Positions 20,825-31,115 of a DNA stretch of 64,000 bases are shown one piece after another. Below the pieces are notes generated by a model. It was not told where the DNA came from. It worked only from the letters and a program-made list of their open reading frames with translations, and ran no database searches. Positions within the stretch are counted from its first letter, which is position 1, and the number at the start of each line of letters is the position of its first letter. Both the position numbers and the translations under genes were made by a program. The DNA is from an uncultured Rivularia sp. Its GTDB lineage: Bacteria > Cyanobacteriota > Cyanobacteriia > Cyanobacteriales > Nostocaceae. The stretch covers positions 8,064,001 through 8,128,000 of the forward strand of contig OY762007.1 of NCBI GenBank assembly GCA_963665115.1. The letters are read 5' to 3'.

Positions 20825-20883
20825 CGTAAGAATTTTGTGTTTAAGTTTTTTAAGTTGTTATTGAAGGAATAAAAGGAAATATT

Positions 20884-21276
20884 ATGGCTACAGCACAATC
20901 TTCGGATAATATACCCGACGAATATAAGAAAGATTTGAATCCCCATGAAGGTGCGGGTTTGAATCACGGGCTTGACGGTGAAAATCCTGAGAAAGCAGGT
21001 TTAAATGCTTACGATATTAAGGAACTGCACGAAAAGCTCAAAGATTTTACCAACGATGAATTAAGGCAGATTGTAATCATCCCTCACGGTAGTCGATTGG
21101 CACAGACTGCAACTTATATCGATCTCAACGATCCAAAAAGAGAAGAATTTACCGCGATGGGTGCGATAGAAGCAGATCCAGAGAATTACTACGTTCCTAA
21201 ATCAGATGTCGGTTATCAACTGTGGAATAAATTGATTGGTGTGGAAAATTCCGAACGCACTGGTGAAGGGAATTAG
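20884..21276 (+). CDS. Hypothetical protein
   Basis: 130-aa acidic ORF with AAGGA RBS. Confidence 0.7.
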   Translation: MATAQSSDNIPDEYKKDLNPHEGAGLNHGLDGENPEKAGLNAYDIKELHEKLKDFTNDELRQIVIIPHGSRLAQTATYIDLNDPKREEFTAMGAIEADPENYYVPKSDVGYQLWNKLIGVENSERTGEGN

Positions 21277-21395
21277 GAATTAGGGAATTGGGCATTGGGA
21301 ATTGGGCATTGGGAATAGAAAACTGTAAAAGAAACCGGGTTTCTAGTCGTAAAAACATTATTTTTGGGTTAGCGATTCATAAGAAATCCGGTTTA
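21275..21395. repeat. STRR tract plus family C palindromes
   Basis: (GGGAATT/GGGCATT)n then AAGAAACCGGGTTTCT ... AAGAAATCCGGTTT. Confidence 0.7.
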
Positions 21396-21459
21396 TAGTC
21401 GAGGCACAATATATGGCTTTAATTTAAAATTAAAATTATAGTTATTTCTAGCGCGGCTT

Positions 21460-22246
21460 ATGTCTTCTCCGTTTCCAGGAATGAACCCATATTTAGAAAA
21501 TCCTGAATTATGGTCGGAAGTACATCATCGGTTGATTACAGCTATTGCAATCGCCATTGCTCCACCAATTCGCCCTAAGTATCGAGTAGCTATCGAAAAA
21601 AGAACATATTTAGGTGATGTTGAAGATTCGGTTTTGGTGGGAATTCCAGATGTAGCTGTAACAACTAAAACAAAAACTTCTACTCAGAATAAAACAACAA
21701 CCGCAACTTTACCTGCTCAAGGAGAATCGGTAACTGTAAAACTTCCAGTCCCCGGAAGAAAAGAAGGAAGCTTATTTAGAAATTAGAGAAGTAGCAACTG
21801 GGTATGTAGTAACAACTATTGAAGTTCTTTCCCCTACTAATAAACGTACCGGAAAAGGACGAGATGCTTACGAAGAAAAGCGTCGAGATGTATTAAGCAC
21901 TCCTACACATTTAGTAGAAATTGACTTGCTTCGTGCTGGGAACCCGATGCAAATTCTTAGCGAAATTCCTAAAACGGATTATCGTATCTTAGTTGCTCGT
22001 GGAAATCGTCGTCCCTTAGCGGAAGTGTTCGGATTTAATCTTCAACAACAAATCCCTCAATTTTTGCTTCCTCTCAAATCTGAAGATAACGAACCTTTGG
22101 TAGACTTACAAAGTTTGTTAGCGCAGGTTTACGAACAAGCAGGTTTTGATTTAGCAATCGATTACAATATTGAACCAGTACCGGCGTTTAAATCTGAAGA
22201 TAAAATTTGGGCTGATACTTTGTTGAAAGAGAAAGGTTTGCGTTGA
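21460..22246 (+). CDS. DUF4058 family protein (+1 C at 21750-21753)
   Basis: MSSPFPGMNPYLE start; corrected frame reads EAYLEIRE..IEVLSPTNKR..HLVEIDLLRAG. Confidence 0.88.
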
Positions 22247-22271
22247 TTCTTATCAACTTTGGATAATCAAG

Positions 22272-23420
22272 CTATTCCTCCCATCTTTTTTTACCATAGA
22301 GAAATTGAGAAGTTTCTCCTAAATTTTGACCGCGTTTCCATAAGTTCATTCCCAAAGAAAGCTCGTCCAATTCCCAGGTTTTAAGGGCTGCGGGAACATC
22401 ATGGTCATGTTCAACGAGAATATCAGCTAATCCGATCGCGTTAGCAGCAGCTTTAGAAACACTTGCTGCTGTATGTGGACGGGGAATAAACGCTGCATCT
22501 CCTACCAAAGCGACGCGCTCGAATGCCATATTAGGCACGCCCAAATCTAAAATTGCCTGTACAAAAGGTTCTTTAGTTGCTGCAATTAGTTTTTGAAAAG
22601 GTTCGACTAAAACGCTTTGAGCATAATCCCTCATCTCTTGTTCAATATCATTCGCCATCATTCCTGGAGGTATAGAATAGTCTCGTCGCTTGCCATTTTT
22701 ATCCGTTAAAACGCGGGGTAGTTCTGCGATTTCATCATAATTGACATACCAAACCCAGTTGAAGCGTCTTTCTCCAGGCACTAAAGATTCATTTTCTCCT
22801 GGAATCACATACTGAAGAATATGGGAATTGCGGAATTGATAGAAAACAAACCTTTCAGTCATAATTGCTGCTGTTTCTGGATCGAGTTCCCCCTCATCTA
22901 CTAATCCCCGAAAGCCGACATAGCCAGCATACATGGGGTGGTAAGTTGGTAAAAGAATTTGACGAACGGTGGAAGTTAATCCATCTGCACCGATTAATAA
23001 ATCTCCCGTTGCTTGAGTGCCATCGGCAAAAACTACCGTAACTTGTTTGTCGTTTTGTTGAAAACTACTTAAAGATTTGCCTTGATGATAATGCTCGTTG
23101 GGAAAATGTCGTCTTAAAGAGTTGTAGAGAGAATTCCAAGAAGTTAGAGTCTGACGCATGGGCATTGTCTGAATAGTGCCATTGCGCTTTAAATAATACC
23201 TTTCTTTCGCCACTACACCTAAATTTTGATGGGGAATACCAGCGCGATCGAACGCTTCAATTACATCTGACTGTAAAACTACTCCACCTCCCCGACTGCT
23301 CAGAGTACGGGGTGAACGTTCGTAAATATCTACCTGCCAGCCAATAGAGCGTAATAAAACTCCTGCAAACAATCCAGATAGCGAACCACCGATAACGATT
23401 GCCTGACGCTTGAGATTCAT
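22272..23420 (-). CDS. FAD-dependent monooxygenase (2,6-dihydroxypyridine hydroxylase-like)
   Basis: GGSLSG, GADG..S.VR, RFNWVWY, GDAAFIPRPHTAA. Confidence 0.85.
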   Translation of the reverse strand: MNLKRQAIVIGGSLSGLFAGVLLRSIGWQVDIYERSPRTLSSRGGGVVLQSDVIEAFDRAGIPHQNLGVVAKERYYLKRNGTIQTMPMRQTLTSWNSLYNSLRRHFPNEHYHQGKSLSSFQQNDKQVTVVFADGTQATGDLLIGADGLTSTVRQILLPTYHPMYAGYVGFRGLVDEGELDPETAAIMTERFVFYQFRNSHILQYVIPGENESLVPGERRFNWVWYVNYDEIAELPRVLTDKNGKRRDYSIPPGMMANDIEQEMRDYAQSVLVEPFQKLIAATKEPFVQAILDLGVPNMAFERVALVGDAAFIPRPHTAASVSKAAANAIGLADILVEHDHDVPAALKTWELDELSLGMNLWKRGQNLGETSQFLYGKKRWEE

Positions 23421-24679
23421 TTTGTTTCCTCTAAATACTTGTGGACGAAGGTAACTGCCATTGCTCCCTCTCCAACCGCAGAAGCAACTCGCTTGACCGA
23501 ACCATGCCTTACGTCTCCTGCTGCAAAAGAACCTGGAACGCTAGTTTCGAGGTAAAAAGGCTCGCGATCTAATTTCCAACAATCGGGGCAACCATCTTTG
23601 AGTAAGTCAGAACCAGTAATCAGAAATCCCGCCTTATCCCGAATAATGTTGGTATCTTTTGCCCATTCTGTATTTGGAACACCACCAATACAAATAAACA
23701 GATGCTGGGTATCAACCTGCTGCGTTGACTCATCGTGGCGATTGCTAATGGTAATCTGTTGCAAACTTGTATCTCCTTGAAGTTCGCTGACTTGGGAATT
23801 AAACAGCACCTCAACATTGTTCGTATTGGTAATGCGATCGCTCAAATATTGGGATAGAGAATCTGCTAAGTTACTGCCGCGAACCAGCATCGTCACTTTT
23901 TCGGCGTACCGAGAAAAATACATTACAGCTTGCCCTGCCGAATTACCACCACCAATAACAAATATGTGCTTGTTAGAACAGAATGGAGCTTCACTAGCAC
24001 CCGCACCATAAAATACTCCACGATTGAGAAATCGGTCTTCATTGAGAAGATTGAGTTTTCGATATTCAACACCCGTAGCGCAAATGTTGGCACGGGCAAC
24101 CATTTTACTGCCATTTGCCATATCAACATGAATTCGATTGTCTCTGAATTCTGCTTTGACTCCCTCTCGTAAAACTAGTAATTCAATTCCAAATTTAACC
24201 GCTTGCTGTCGCGCTTTCTCTGCCAAGTCAGCACCGCTAATTCCTTGAGGAAAACCCAAATAATTTTCAATTAAGGAACTGCTTCCTGCTTGTCCTCCAA
24301 CGGCATGACGCTCGATCAGAACTGTACGCAATCCTTCAGATGCAGCATAAACAGCAGCACTCAAACCAGCAGGACCAGCGCCATAAATCGATAAGTCGTA
24401 TTCTTTAAATCTCGGCTGCGTTACCCAACCTAACTGTTGAGCAACCTCTTGTACTGTAGGAGCAAACAGTTGAGTGCCATCGGCAAGTTCTACGATTGGC
24501 AAGCGCAACTCATCCAGCGACGAAAACCCTAATTTTCGATAGCAATCTTCATCGCAGGTCAATTCAATCCAATCAAACTCAACTACACTACGTTTGAGAA
24601 AATCTCTGATTTCATAGGCTTGTGCAGAATTTGGTTGACCGTAAAGCTTAATTTTGGAAATATTTGAATCATTATTCAT
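23417..24679 (-). CDS. Thioredoxin-reductase-like flavoprotein with N-terminal glutaredoxin-like domain
   Basis: GAGPAGL, SSLIENYLGFP, GGGNSAGQ, AAGDVR..KRVASAVGEG; no CxxC. Confidence 0.88.
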   Translation of the reverse strand: MNNDSNISKIKLYGQPNSAQAYEIRDFLKRSVVEFDWIELTCDEDCYRKLGFSSLDELRLPIVELADGTQLFAPTVQEVAQQLGWVTQPRFKEYDLSIYGAGPAGLSAAVYAASEGLRTVLIERHAVGGQAGSSSLIENYLGFPQGISGADLAEKARQQAVKFGIELLVLREGVKAEFRDNRIHVDMANGSKMVARANICATGVEYRKLNLLNEDRFLNRGVFYGAGASEAPFCSNKHIFVIGGGNSAGQAVMYFSRYAEKVTMLVRGSNLADSLSQYLSDRITNTNNVEVLFNSQVSELQGDTSLQQITISNRHDESTQQVDTQHLFICIGGVPNTEWAKDTNIIRDKAGFLITGSDLLKDGCPDCWKLDREPFYLETSVPGSFAAGDVRHGSVKRVASAVGEGAMAVTFVHKYLEETK

Positions 24680-25322
24680 TCGATAACCTCTGCATTTTTG
24701 CATTTTGCAAAGCAGCTAGAAAGATTTCTACCGATTGCCCACCAACAACGATTTCTTCACCGATTTTGATAGTTGGTACGCTGCGAATCCCAGAAATAGC
24801 TGCCTGTTTTTCTAACTCTCGAATTTGTTGTATTCCTGCATCGGTATGAAGAAAATCTTTGGCTTCTTGCTCGTTGATTCCGATATCAGCCGCAAGTTTA
24901 GCTAGAGTCTCGATATCTGTAATATCTTTTCCTTCAGTGAAATAAGCGTTGAGAATGCCTGTAGCCATTTCCGTAGCTTTATCTCTATACGCAGCCAACC
25001 AAGTCAAACGATGAGCTTTGAGTGTATTAGGAGTCTTTTGCATCAGGTCATAACGAAAGTTAATTCCATCTCCCTTTGTTGCCTGTATAGTTTGAGCATC
25101 AAGCTGTTGAGAATATTCCCAGCTACCAAATTTGCCCGTGCGATAAGCTTTACGCTCCATTCCAGCTTCTGGCATGGTGGGATTAAGTTCGTAAGGATAC
25201 CAAATTTTCTTAATGTCGATATTAGTATCTAGCTGTTTTATTGCTTTATTTAGTCGTACTTCTGCAACTAAACACCAAGGGCAGATAAAATCTGAGGTAA
25301 TTGTAATTTCAATGGTTATCAT
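24672..25322 (-). CDS. DsbA/FrnE family thiol oxidoreductase
   Basis: SDFICPWC, PYELNP, NTLKAHRL, GIRSVPT. Confidence 0.9.
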   Translation of the reverse strand: MITIEITITSDFICPWCLVAEVRLNKAIKQLDTNIDIKKIWYPYELNPTMPEAGMERKAYRTGKFGSWEYSQQLDAQTIQATKGDGINFRYDLMQKTPNTLKAHRLTWLAAYRDKATEMATGILNAYFTEGKDITDIETLAKLAADIGINEQEAKDFLHTDAGIQQIRELEKQAAISGIRSVPTIKIGEEIVVGGQSVEIFLAALQNAKMQRLSNE

Positions 25323-25393
25323 GTTTATCTATTTATAGAATGAAACAGCATTAATTTTTTCAGTCGTATTTAGAACAATGTAAATAGGCTAAA

Positions 25394-26479
25394 TTACTCA
25401 AGAGTTGGATAATCGATATATCCTGCTTCTCCACTAGTATAGAAAGTGTCGCGATTATATTTATTGAGAGAAGCATTAAGGGCAAAGCGTTTGGGTAAAT
25501 CGGGATTGGCTAAAAAATGACGACCGTAGGCTACCAGATCGGCATCATTACTTTGTAGAATTTCTTCACCCGTATCGCGACAGTAGCCTCCTGCGGTGAC
25601 TATTATTCCGGTAAATATAGGACGGAAAAACTTTGCTCCTAAGCCTAACCCATCATCTTCGATGGTTACATTGCCTCTGATTCGCGGTTCAATCACATGA
25701 AGATAACCTATGCCTAAACGAGCTAATTCAGACACAACATAGCTAAAAGTAGCAGTGGGATTGGAGTCGTGCATATCGTTAAAAGTGCTACTAGGGGACA
25801 AGCGCACCCCTACTGTTTCTTTGCCCCAAACGTCTACTACTGCTTGAGTAACTTCTAAAAGAAAACGCGATCGCCTTTCAATCGAACCACCGTACTCATC
25901 TTCTCGCTGATTGGAATTATCTTGGAGAAATTGATCGAGTAAATAGCCATTACCACCATGAATTTCCACTCCATCAAATCCAGCTTCCAGGGCATTTTTT
26001 GCACCCTGCTGAAATTGTTTGATTATAAAAGGTATTTCTTCTAGTTTTAATTCTCTAGGGATAACGTGGGGCTGCTGTCCGTTTTGGGTATCTGCCATAG
26101 CCGAAGCAGCAATGGGACTTGGAGCAACGGGTATTTCTGCTGGTTCTAAAAAAGAAGGATGAGCAACTCTTCCAGCGTGCCACAACTGGAGAAAGATTTT
26201 TCCTCCTTTGTTATGTACGGCATCAGTTACTTTTTTCCAGCCTTCTACCTGTTTTTGGCTATAAATTCCAGGTGTATTAGGATAGCCGATACCATTACGA
26301 GCTACTTGAGTTGCTTCAGTAATAATTAGTCCCGCAGAAGCACGTTGAGCATAGTAAAGAGCATTTATAGCTTGAGGTACATAGCCATCCCCCGCACGAC
26401 AACGAGTTAAAGGAGCGTAAATCATACGATTAGAAAGTTCAATTTCGCCTAAAATCGTAGGAGAAAGTAATTTAAACAT
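25394..26479 (-). CDS. Old yellow enzyme / alkene reductase (NemA-like)
   Basis: APLTRCRA, QLWHAGR, EIHGGNGYLLDQF, GYIDYP. Confidence 0.93.
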   Translation of the reverse strand: MFKLLSPTILGEIELSNRMIYAPLTRCRAGDGYVPQAINALYYAQRASAGLIITEATQVARNGIGYPNTPGIYSQKQVEGWKKVTDAVHNKGGKIFLQLWHAGRVAHPSFLEPAEIPVAPSPIAASAMADTQNGQQPHVIPRELKLEEIPFIIKQFQQGAKNALEAGFDGVEIHGGNGYLLDQFLQDNSNQREDEYGGSIERRSRFLLEVTQAVVDVWGKETVGVRLSPSSTFNDMHDSNPTATFSYVVSELARLGIGYLHVIEPRIRGNVTIEDDGLGLGAKFFRPIFTGIIVTAGGYCRDTGEEILQSNDADLVAYGRHFLANPDLPKRFALNASLNKYNRDTFYTSGEAGYIDYPTLE

Positions 26480-26514
26480 CGGCAATTATTTTGTCTTTAC
26501 AAGTTTATTTTTTA

Positions 26515-26721
26515 GAGGATGTTTTAAAAGTATCTGGCGGTTAAAACCGCTACTACACAAGCAAAGTCCACCTGCGTGGACTAGTAAATTTAAACCCGTG
26601 AAGACGGGTTTTGCTTGTGTAGCCAAGCCACTGCGTTGGGCGGGTTCCCCGACTTGTAGCAAGTGGCGCGCGACTTACAGTCGCCAGGGACAGTATATAA
26701 TTTTACTTTACAAACATCCTC
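26515..26721. mobile_element. MITE with TTA target duplication, containing nested repeats
   Basis: TTA|GAGGATGTTTTAAAAGTA ... TACTTTACAAACATCCTC|TTA. Confidence 0.8.
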
Positions 26722-26898
26722 TTAGAACTGGCCGCAACTCCAATCAACAGCAATCCCCCAGTGCAGACTCCCGATGAATAATACACTTATATTTTATAAA
26801 GATTTTAGAGATAAATAAATAGATAAAGTAAGGTATTTAGCTTTATGTAGTTAATATAAAAAGATATTTAAGCTATTTTGCCTTATTACATTAAAACT

Positions 26899-27384
26899 AT
26901 GAGTAATCAGATTGAAAAACTGCTTGACGAAACAAGTTGGCAGATTCTCGCAATTTTGCAAGAGAATGCCCGTATCCCTTTCAAGGAACTAGGAAAACAG
27001 GTAGGACTTTCTGCACCAGCCGTAGCCGAGCGAGTACGTCGCTTAGAAGAAGCAGGAGTAATTACCCGGTATCGTGCGGAATTAGACTTAAAAAAGCTAG
27101 GATTGCCGATTGTAGCTTTTCTTACTCTTAAGTCTTTCGGACATACTTGCGAAGAAGTTAAGTCGCTTCTACATGAATGTTTGGAAATACGAGGTTGCTA
27201 TCGTGTAACAGGTAGCGATCATTATCTAGCTAAGGTATCTGTAACCTCTGTCAATCATCTGGAGCAATTAGTCGATCGCTTTATTCCTTATGCAACTGTG
27301 ACTACTTCGATAGTGCTTTCCACTCCCTTTACCGAACGAGCTATTGATAATGATATTTTCCCAGAATGCGATCAAAACTTTTGA
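26899..27384 (+). CDS. Lrp/AsnC family transcriptional regulator
   Basis: ILAILQENAR..ELGKQVGLSAPAVAERVRRLEEAGVI; CYRVTGSD. Confidence 0.93.
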   Translation: MSNQIEKLLDETSWQILAILQENARIPFKELGKQVGLSAPAVAERVRRLEEAGVITRYRAELDLKKLGLPIVAFLTLKSFGHTCEEVKSLLHECLEIRGCYRVTGSDHYLAKVSVTSVNHLEQLVDRFIPYATVTTSIVLSTPFTERAIDNDIFPECDQNF

Positions 27385-27494
27385 TGTGTTGTTGCCAGAG
27401 GAAGGGTTTGATAGTTAGTAGATAAGGCAGGTTACGGCTTTTAATTAAGTAGAAAAGCTTGCATTTCAAAAGACGTTAATTATATAAATAATAA

Positions 27495-28355
27495 CTATTT
27501 ACAAAAATAACCCGTATAGCAACATCCAACCTGCTTGAAACCCACAGAATTATAGAGTGCGATCGCCGCAATATTATCTTCGTCTACCCACAGTTTCAAT
27601 GCCGTATATTCTTGAAGTAATTCTTGAGTTAAAAACGCTAGCAGTTTGCGTGCAAATCCCTGTTTGCGAAATTTAAAAAAGGTGAATGGTGCCACAACCA
27701 AAGCGTAATTATCGACAGGATTGTATCTAACAACTGAAACAATTTGTCCGGAGTCTTCTAAAACTGCTACCTGACGCTTTTTAATTAAACTTTCCCAATC
27801 ACGATTTGGATTTCCATCACCGCGTTCTTTGATGTATTCTTGTTCGTAAGCGATTAAGGCAGGTTTATCTTGTAATAATGCCCAACGCCCTTTACCATTA
27901 AGTAGCGATTGACTACAAGTCATTACTAATTGATCGTATTCTTGTTCTAGTTGGAGATGTTCGAGGAAAAGCGGACGAATCCATTGTTTAACTTGTATTG
28001 AAGTGATTATTTTATTGGGAAAACCGCATTTTTTAACCAGGGTAAATAAGGATTGCGTGGTAAATTTATTACAACTCTCGAAAGACGTTTGAGTATTTCG
28101 AGAATTTATCATCATTGCTCCTTGAATATTCTCTGGAGTTACCTTTTGTGTTATGGATGGATTATAGGAAATAGCAATTAATTCTCCTGTTTCTTGGGGA
28201 TTAATTTTACCCTGAATAACAAGATTGAGAGCGTATTCTAAATCTGGGTTTGAGTAACGATATTTTTGCAACCAGTTGATTGCAGCTTGAATTTGTTGAT
28301 AGGAAGGGAATGCGATAATTTTATTGCGATTGGTTTGATGCATATCATGGAGCAT
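27495..28355 (-). CDS. GNAT family acetyltransferase
   Basis: FRKQGFARKL, LWVDEDN.AAIALYNSVGF. Confidence 0.8.
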   Translation of the reverse strand: MLHDMHQTNRNKIIAFPSYQQIQAAINWLQKYRYSNPDLEYALNLVIQGKINPQETGELIAISYNPSITQKVTPENIQGAMMINSRNTQTSFESCNKFTTQSLFTLVKKCGFPNKIITSIQVKQWIRPLFLEHLQLEQEYDQLVMTCSQSLLNGKGRWALLQDKPALIAYEQEYIKERGDGNPNRDWESLIKKRQVAVLEDSGQIVSVVRYNPVDNYALVVAPFTFFKFRKQGFARKLLAFLTQELLQEYTALKLWVDEDNIAAIALYNSVGFKQVGCCYTGYFCK

Positions 28356-28375
28356 AGTAAATGAATAACTTATTG

Positions 28376-28639
28376 TTATTCATAATGATATTTACAGGCA
28401 GCAATAATTATTTACGTATCATTTATAGTATAAATTAAACGGTGTTCTTTATTAATTCGTCTTGACCAAAAACTACTCAATTCATGTTTCAATGGTTCGG
28501 GCTTTCCTAAGCCAGTGAAAGGGGAACGATCGATATCTTTAATCAGTTCAACAATCTTTTTGTAAAGTTTTTTATCTAACTTTGATCGCTCATTAAAATT
28601 CTCAAATGCACTTGGTTCAAATACAATTCTTCTATTCAT
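28376..28639 (-). pseudogene. yoeB: Txe/YoeB family toxin with premature stop at 28412-28414
   Basis: GLGKPEPLKHELS.FWSRRINKEHRLIY; in-frame continuation after TAA reads IIIAACKYHYE*. Confidence 0.8.
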
Positions 28640-28860
28640 TCGAGGTTTTCGATATCAATTTCAACAAGATTAGATTTCTCTTTAACGTTTTTGATAGCTT
28701 TCAACAAATGCTTTTTATTCGCTTCAGAAGCTAAAAGATAAGCCGTTTCATCAACTTTGTATACTACAATTTCTATTTCCGTATCCGGATAAGTTACTTT
28801 CAATGCATCAATAAAACTAGGGTCTAACTCTTTGGTATTAATGCGGTAAACTGAATGCAT
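28636..28860 (-). CDS. Antitoxin with YefM-like C-terminus
   Basis: DETAYLLASEANKKHLLKAI; 4-bp overlap with toxin start. Confidence 0.75.
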   Translation of the reverse strand: MHSVYRINTKELDPSFIDALKVTYPDTEIEIVVYKVDETAYLLASEANKKHLLKAIKNVKEKSNLVEIDIENLE

Positions 28861-28942
28861 GATTTTAGTTTATTTGTTTGCTTGTACTGCCTGCTTGTAA
28901 ACTTATTATAGCAATTAACGATTATAGTCTATGTTGTGTATA

Positions 28943-29866
28943 TCAAAGGAAAAAACTTTCTGTAAAACAGATATTGTTAAAAGACAATTTAATTTTAAAG
29001 CTTTCTTGAGAGCTACAACGAAAAGAAGGAAGTTGAATAAAATTATCAATGCTGCGAGAAGTTACTTCTTTAAGAGTTTCTCCGGAATCGGATAAGATAG
29101 CTAATTTGAGATTTTCCGGAAGATATTTTTCTTCTGAATCTGGATAAATCCGCAAACGGACATTTATTTGCTTGTCTTCTTCTGATTTCAATGCTGCTAG
29201 CATCAATACAGAGACTTCGCCAAATTCAATTCGTTTTACAGCTTGGGCAACTTCTTCTATTTGTAAGTGAGAAGCATCTTTAAAACTTAGATTTAAATTT
29301 CCCACTGATTCGGTATTAAACAATGATTCTAAAGTTTTCCAACCTTGTTGTAAAACGTCTTCAAACCATTCGTTTAAATCGATCGGTGGTGTAATTTGCT
29401 GTAAATATTGGGGAAATTCTTCTAATTTACGCAATTGGTTAAGCGGTAATTGCTCTTTTGCTACTCTTGGTATAAATCCTAATAAAGTAGCAGTTTCTAG
29501 AGATTCATCAAGCTGTACGATAATATAACCAATTCTTGCATTCCATACTTCTTGGGGAATATTAACGAATTCTGCATCTGGTAACACAACCCTACATTCC
29601 AATTTACCGCGATCTATTACTTCTAAATCGGCAATATCTAAGAAACTTTGCATTATTACATCGTAGCTATTACTTGCTTTCCAATCGGTTGTAAATCCCA
29701 GACATTGTAGGTAATGATTAACAGAATATATGGCTAGGGTATTAAGATAAACTTGTTCTGACTTTTGCAGGTTAGAATGATTGTTACAAAAAATTTCAGC
29801 TAATTGATGCGCTTTCTGGGTTAAATTAACTGTGAAGGTTAATGGTTTTTGTATTTGATTTATCAT
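28943..29866 (-). CDS. DUF1822 family protein
   Basis: QVYLNTLAIYSVNHYL, DIADL..GKLECR, RIGY..VQL..ATLLGF, LNEWF..GW, YLPENLKL, DNFIQL. Confidence 0.88.
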   Translation of the reverse strand: MINQIQKPLTFTVNLTQKAHQLAEIFCNNHSNLQKSEQVYLNTLAIYSVNHYLQCLGFTTDWKASNSYDVIMQSFLDIADLEVIDRGKLECRVVLPDAEFVNIPQEVWNARIGYIIVQLDESLETATLLGFIPRVAKEQLPLNQLRKLEEFPQYLQQITPPIDLNEWFEDVLQQGWKTLESLFNTESVGNLNLSFKDASHLQIEEVAQAVKRIEFGEVSVLMLAALKSEEDKQINVRLRIYPDSEEKYLPENLKLAILSDSGETLKEVTSRSIDNFIQLPSFRCSSQESFKIKLSFNNICFTESFFL

Positions 29867-29892
29867 GATTTTATTGCCTATTAATGTTGAAT

Positions 29893-31020
29893 TTATTCTT
29901 GGATATATCTTTTAATTTCTGGGGCAATTTTTTGTAAGTGACGTTGAAAAAAATTGCTCAGTGCGGGAATCTGAATATTGAAGGTTTCCGATAATTCTTT
30001 CCAACTGATTCCTTCCAAACGTTTAAGAGCTATGACTTGAAATGTTACTTCTGGGTGCGCTCTAATATGTTTTTGTAAAAGGTTATTTGGGTCGTTTTCT
30101 AAATATGCTCGAAGTTGTTCGGAAAGCGGTTGTTCTAGCTCTGGTTGCGGAATATTTTCTATTTCATCATCTATATTAGCTAACTTTGTAGCATTGGGTA
30201 AAGTTTTTTTTGCGATTTCAAATAAAAGAGAGTCTGCAACTAAAGGATTTTTAATAATTAATTGTGATAGCAAATATTGAACTGTTAATAACAAAAGTAT
30301 TTTTACGGTTAAGACATAAGGTAATACTTGTTTAATTTCTAAGGTTAACCATAAAATTAAATCTTCTTGACTAATACTTTTAATTAAGTTAGTTAATTTA
30401 TATTTCGTTCTGATTATTTTACCGTTTAATTTTTGGATAAAAGGATCATTTTGTGAAACGTGAGAATTTCGCAATATCATGTCAAAGCGAAAATTCAACC
30501 AAGCTGTAAATTTACCCTTACTGGGATTATATGTATTTATATTTTGATAAAGCCAAATCCAAAGTTCGTTTTTAGCTTCTTCATAGACATCGCTATAAAT
30601 ATTAGCTTTATGCAATAACTTGTCAGATAGCAAAATCGCATTAGTTAATGTTTGAAAAGAATACTGCCATTGTTTTGTTAAAGGCTTATGTTTTTGTACT
30701 TCCAAAGCTAACTGTTGTAGATATGCTTCGTTGATGACTGTTCGCAAACAGCGCGATCGCACTTCATTCACCCATGCTTCGACAGCGATATTTTGTAACT
30801 GGTATTCATCAATATTTGCAGCAATGTCTTGGCGTAATTGCTGCTGTAATGCTTGGTAAATATCGAGATAGACACCATCAAGAGATTTTCGCGAGCAGCG
30901 GAAAAGACTGCACGAATGCAGCATTTTGTCAATCAGCATGATTATTGCTGTTTGATGTTCTTTGGTTTGGGGTGGGAAGTTTTGAATTTGAATTACGAGT
31001 TGTTGTAGTTGTTCGTCCAT
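29893..31020 (-). CDS. Sigma-70-like factor (cyanobacterial DUF1822-associated type)
   Basis: Region-2-like YEEA..LWIWLYQNINTYNPSKGKFTAWLNF; C-terminal HTH HIRAHPEVTFQ..SWKELSETFNIQIPALSNFFQR. Confidence 0.75.
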   Translation of the reverse strand: MDEQLQQLVIQIQNFPPQTKEHQTAIIMLIDKMLHSCSLFRCSRKSLDGVYLDIYQALQQQLRQDIAANIDEYQLQNIAVEAWVNEVRSRCLRTVINEAYLQQLALEVQKHKPLTKQWQYSFQTLTNAILLSDKLLHKANIYSDVYEEAKNELWIWLYQNINTYNPSKGKFTAWLNFRFDMILRNSHVSQNDPFIQKLNGKIIRTKYKLTNLIKSISQEDLILWLTLEIKQVLPYVLTVKILLLLTVQYLLSQLIIKNPLVADSLLFEIAKKTLPNATKLANIDDEIENIPQPELEQPLSEQLRAYLENDPNNLLQKHIRAHPEVTFQVIALKRLEGISWKELSETFNIQIPALSNFFQRHLQKIAPEIKRYIQE

Positions 31021-31042
31021 GCTGAATATGGGTGAGATACTC

Positions 31043-31083
31043 TCTACTTATTAATCTTTTTTTTCTTTGGCTTTTTATACAAA
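31043..31083 (-). promoter_or_regulatory. Putative promoter motif copy 1, upstream of the sigma-like gene
   Basis: TTTGTATAAA-N17-GATTAATAAGTAGA on minus strand, about 30 nt before ATG. Confidence 0.6.
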
Positions 31084-31115
31084 TATTCGTTTACAAAAAT
31101 TATTTTTTTTGAGGT

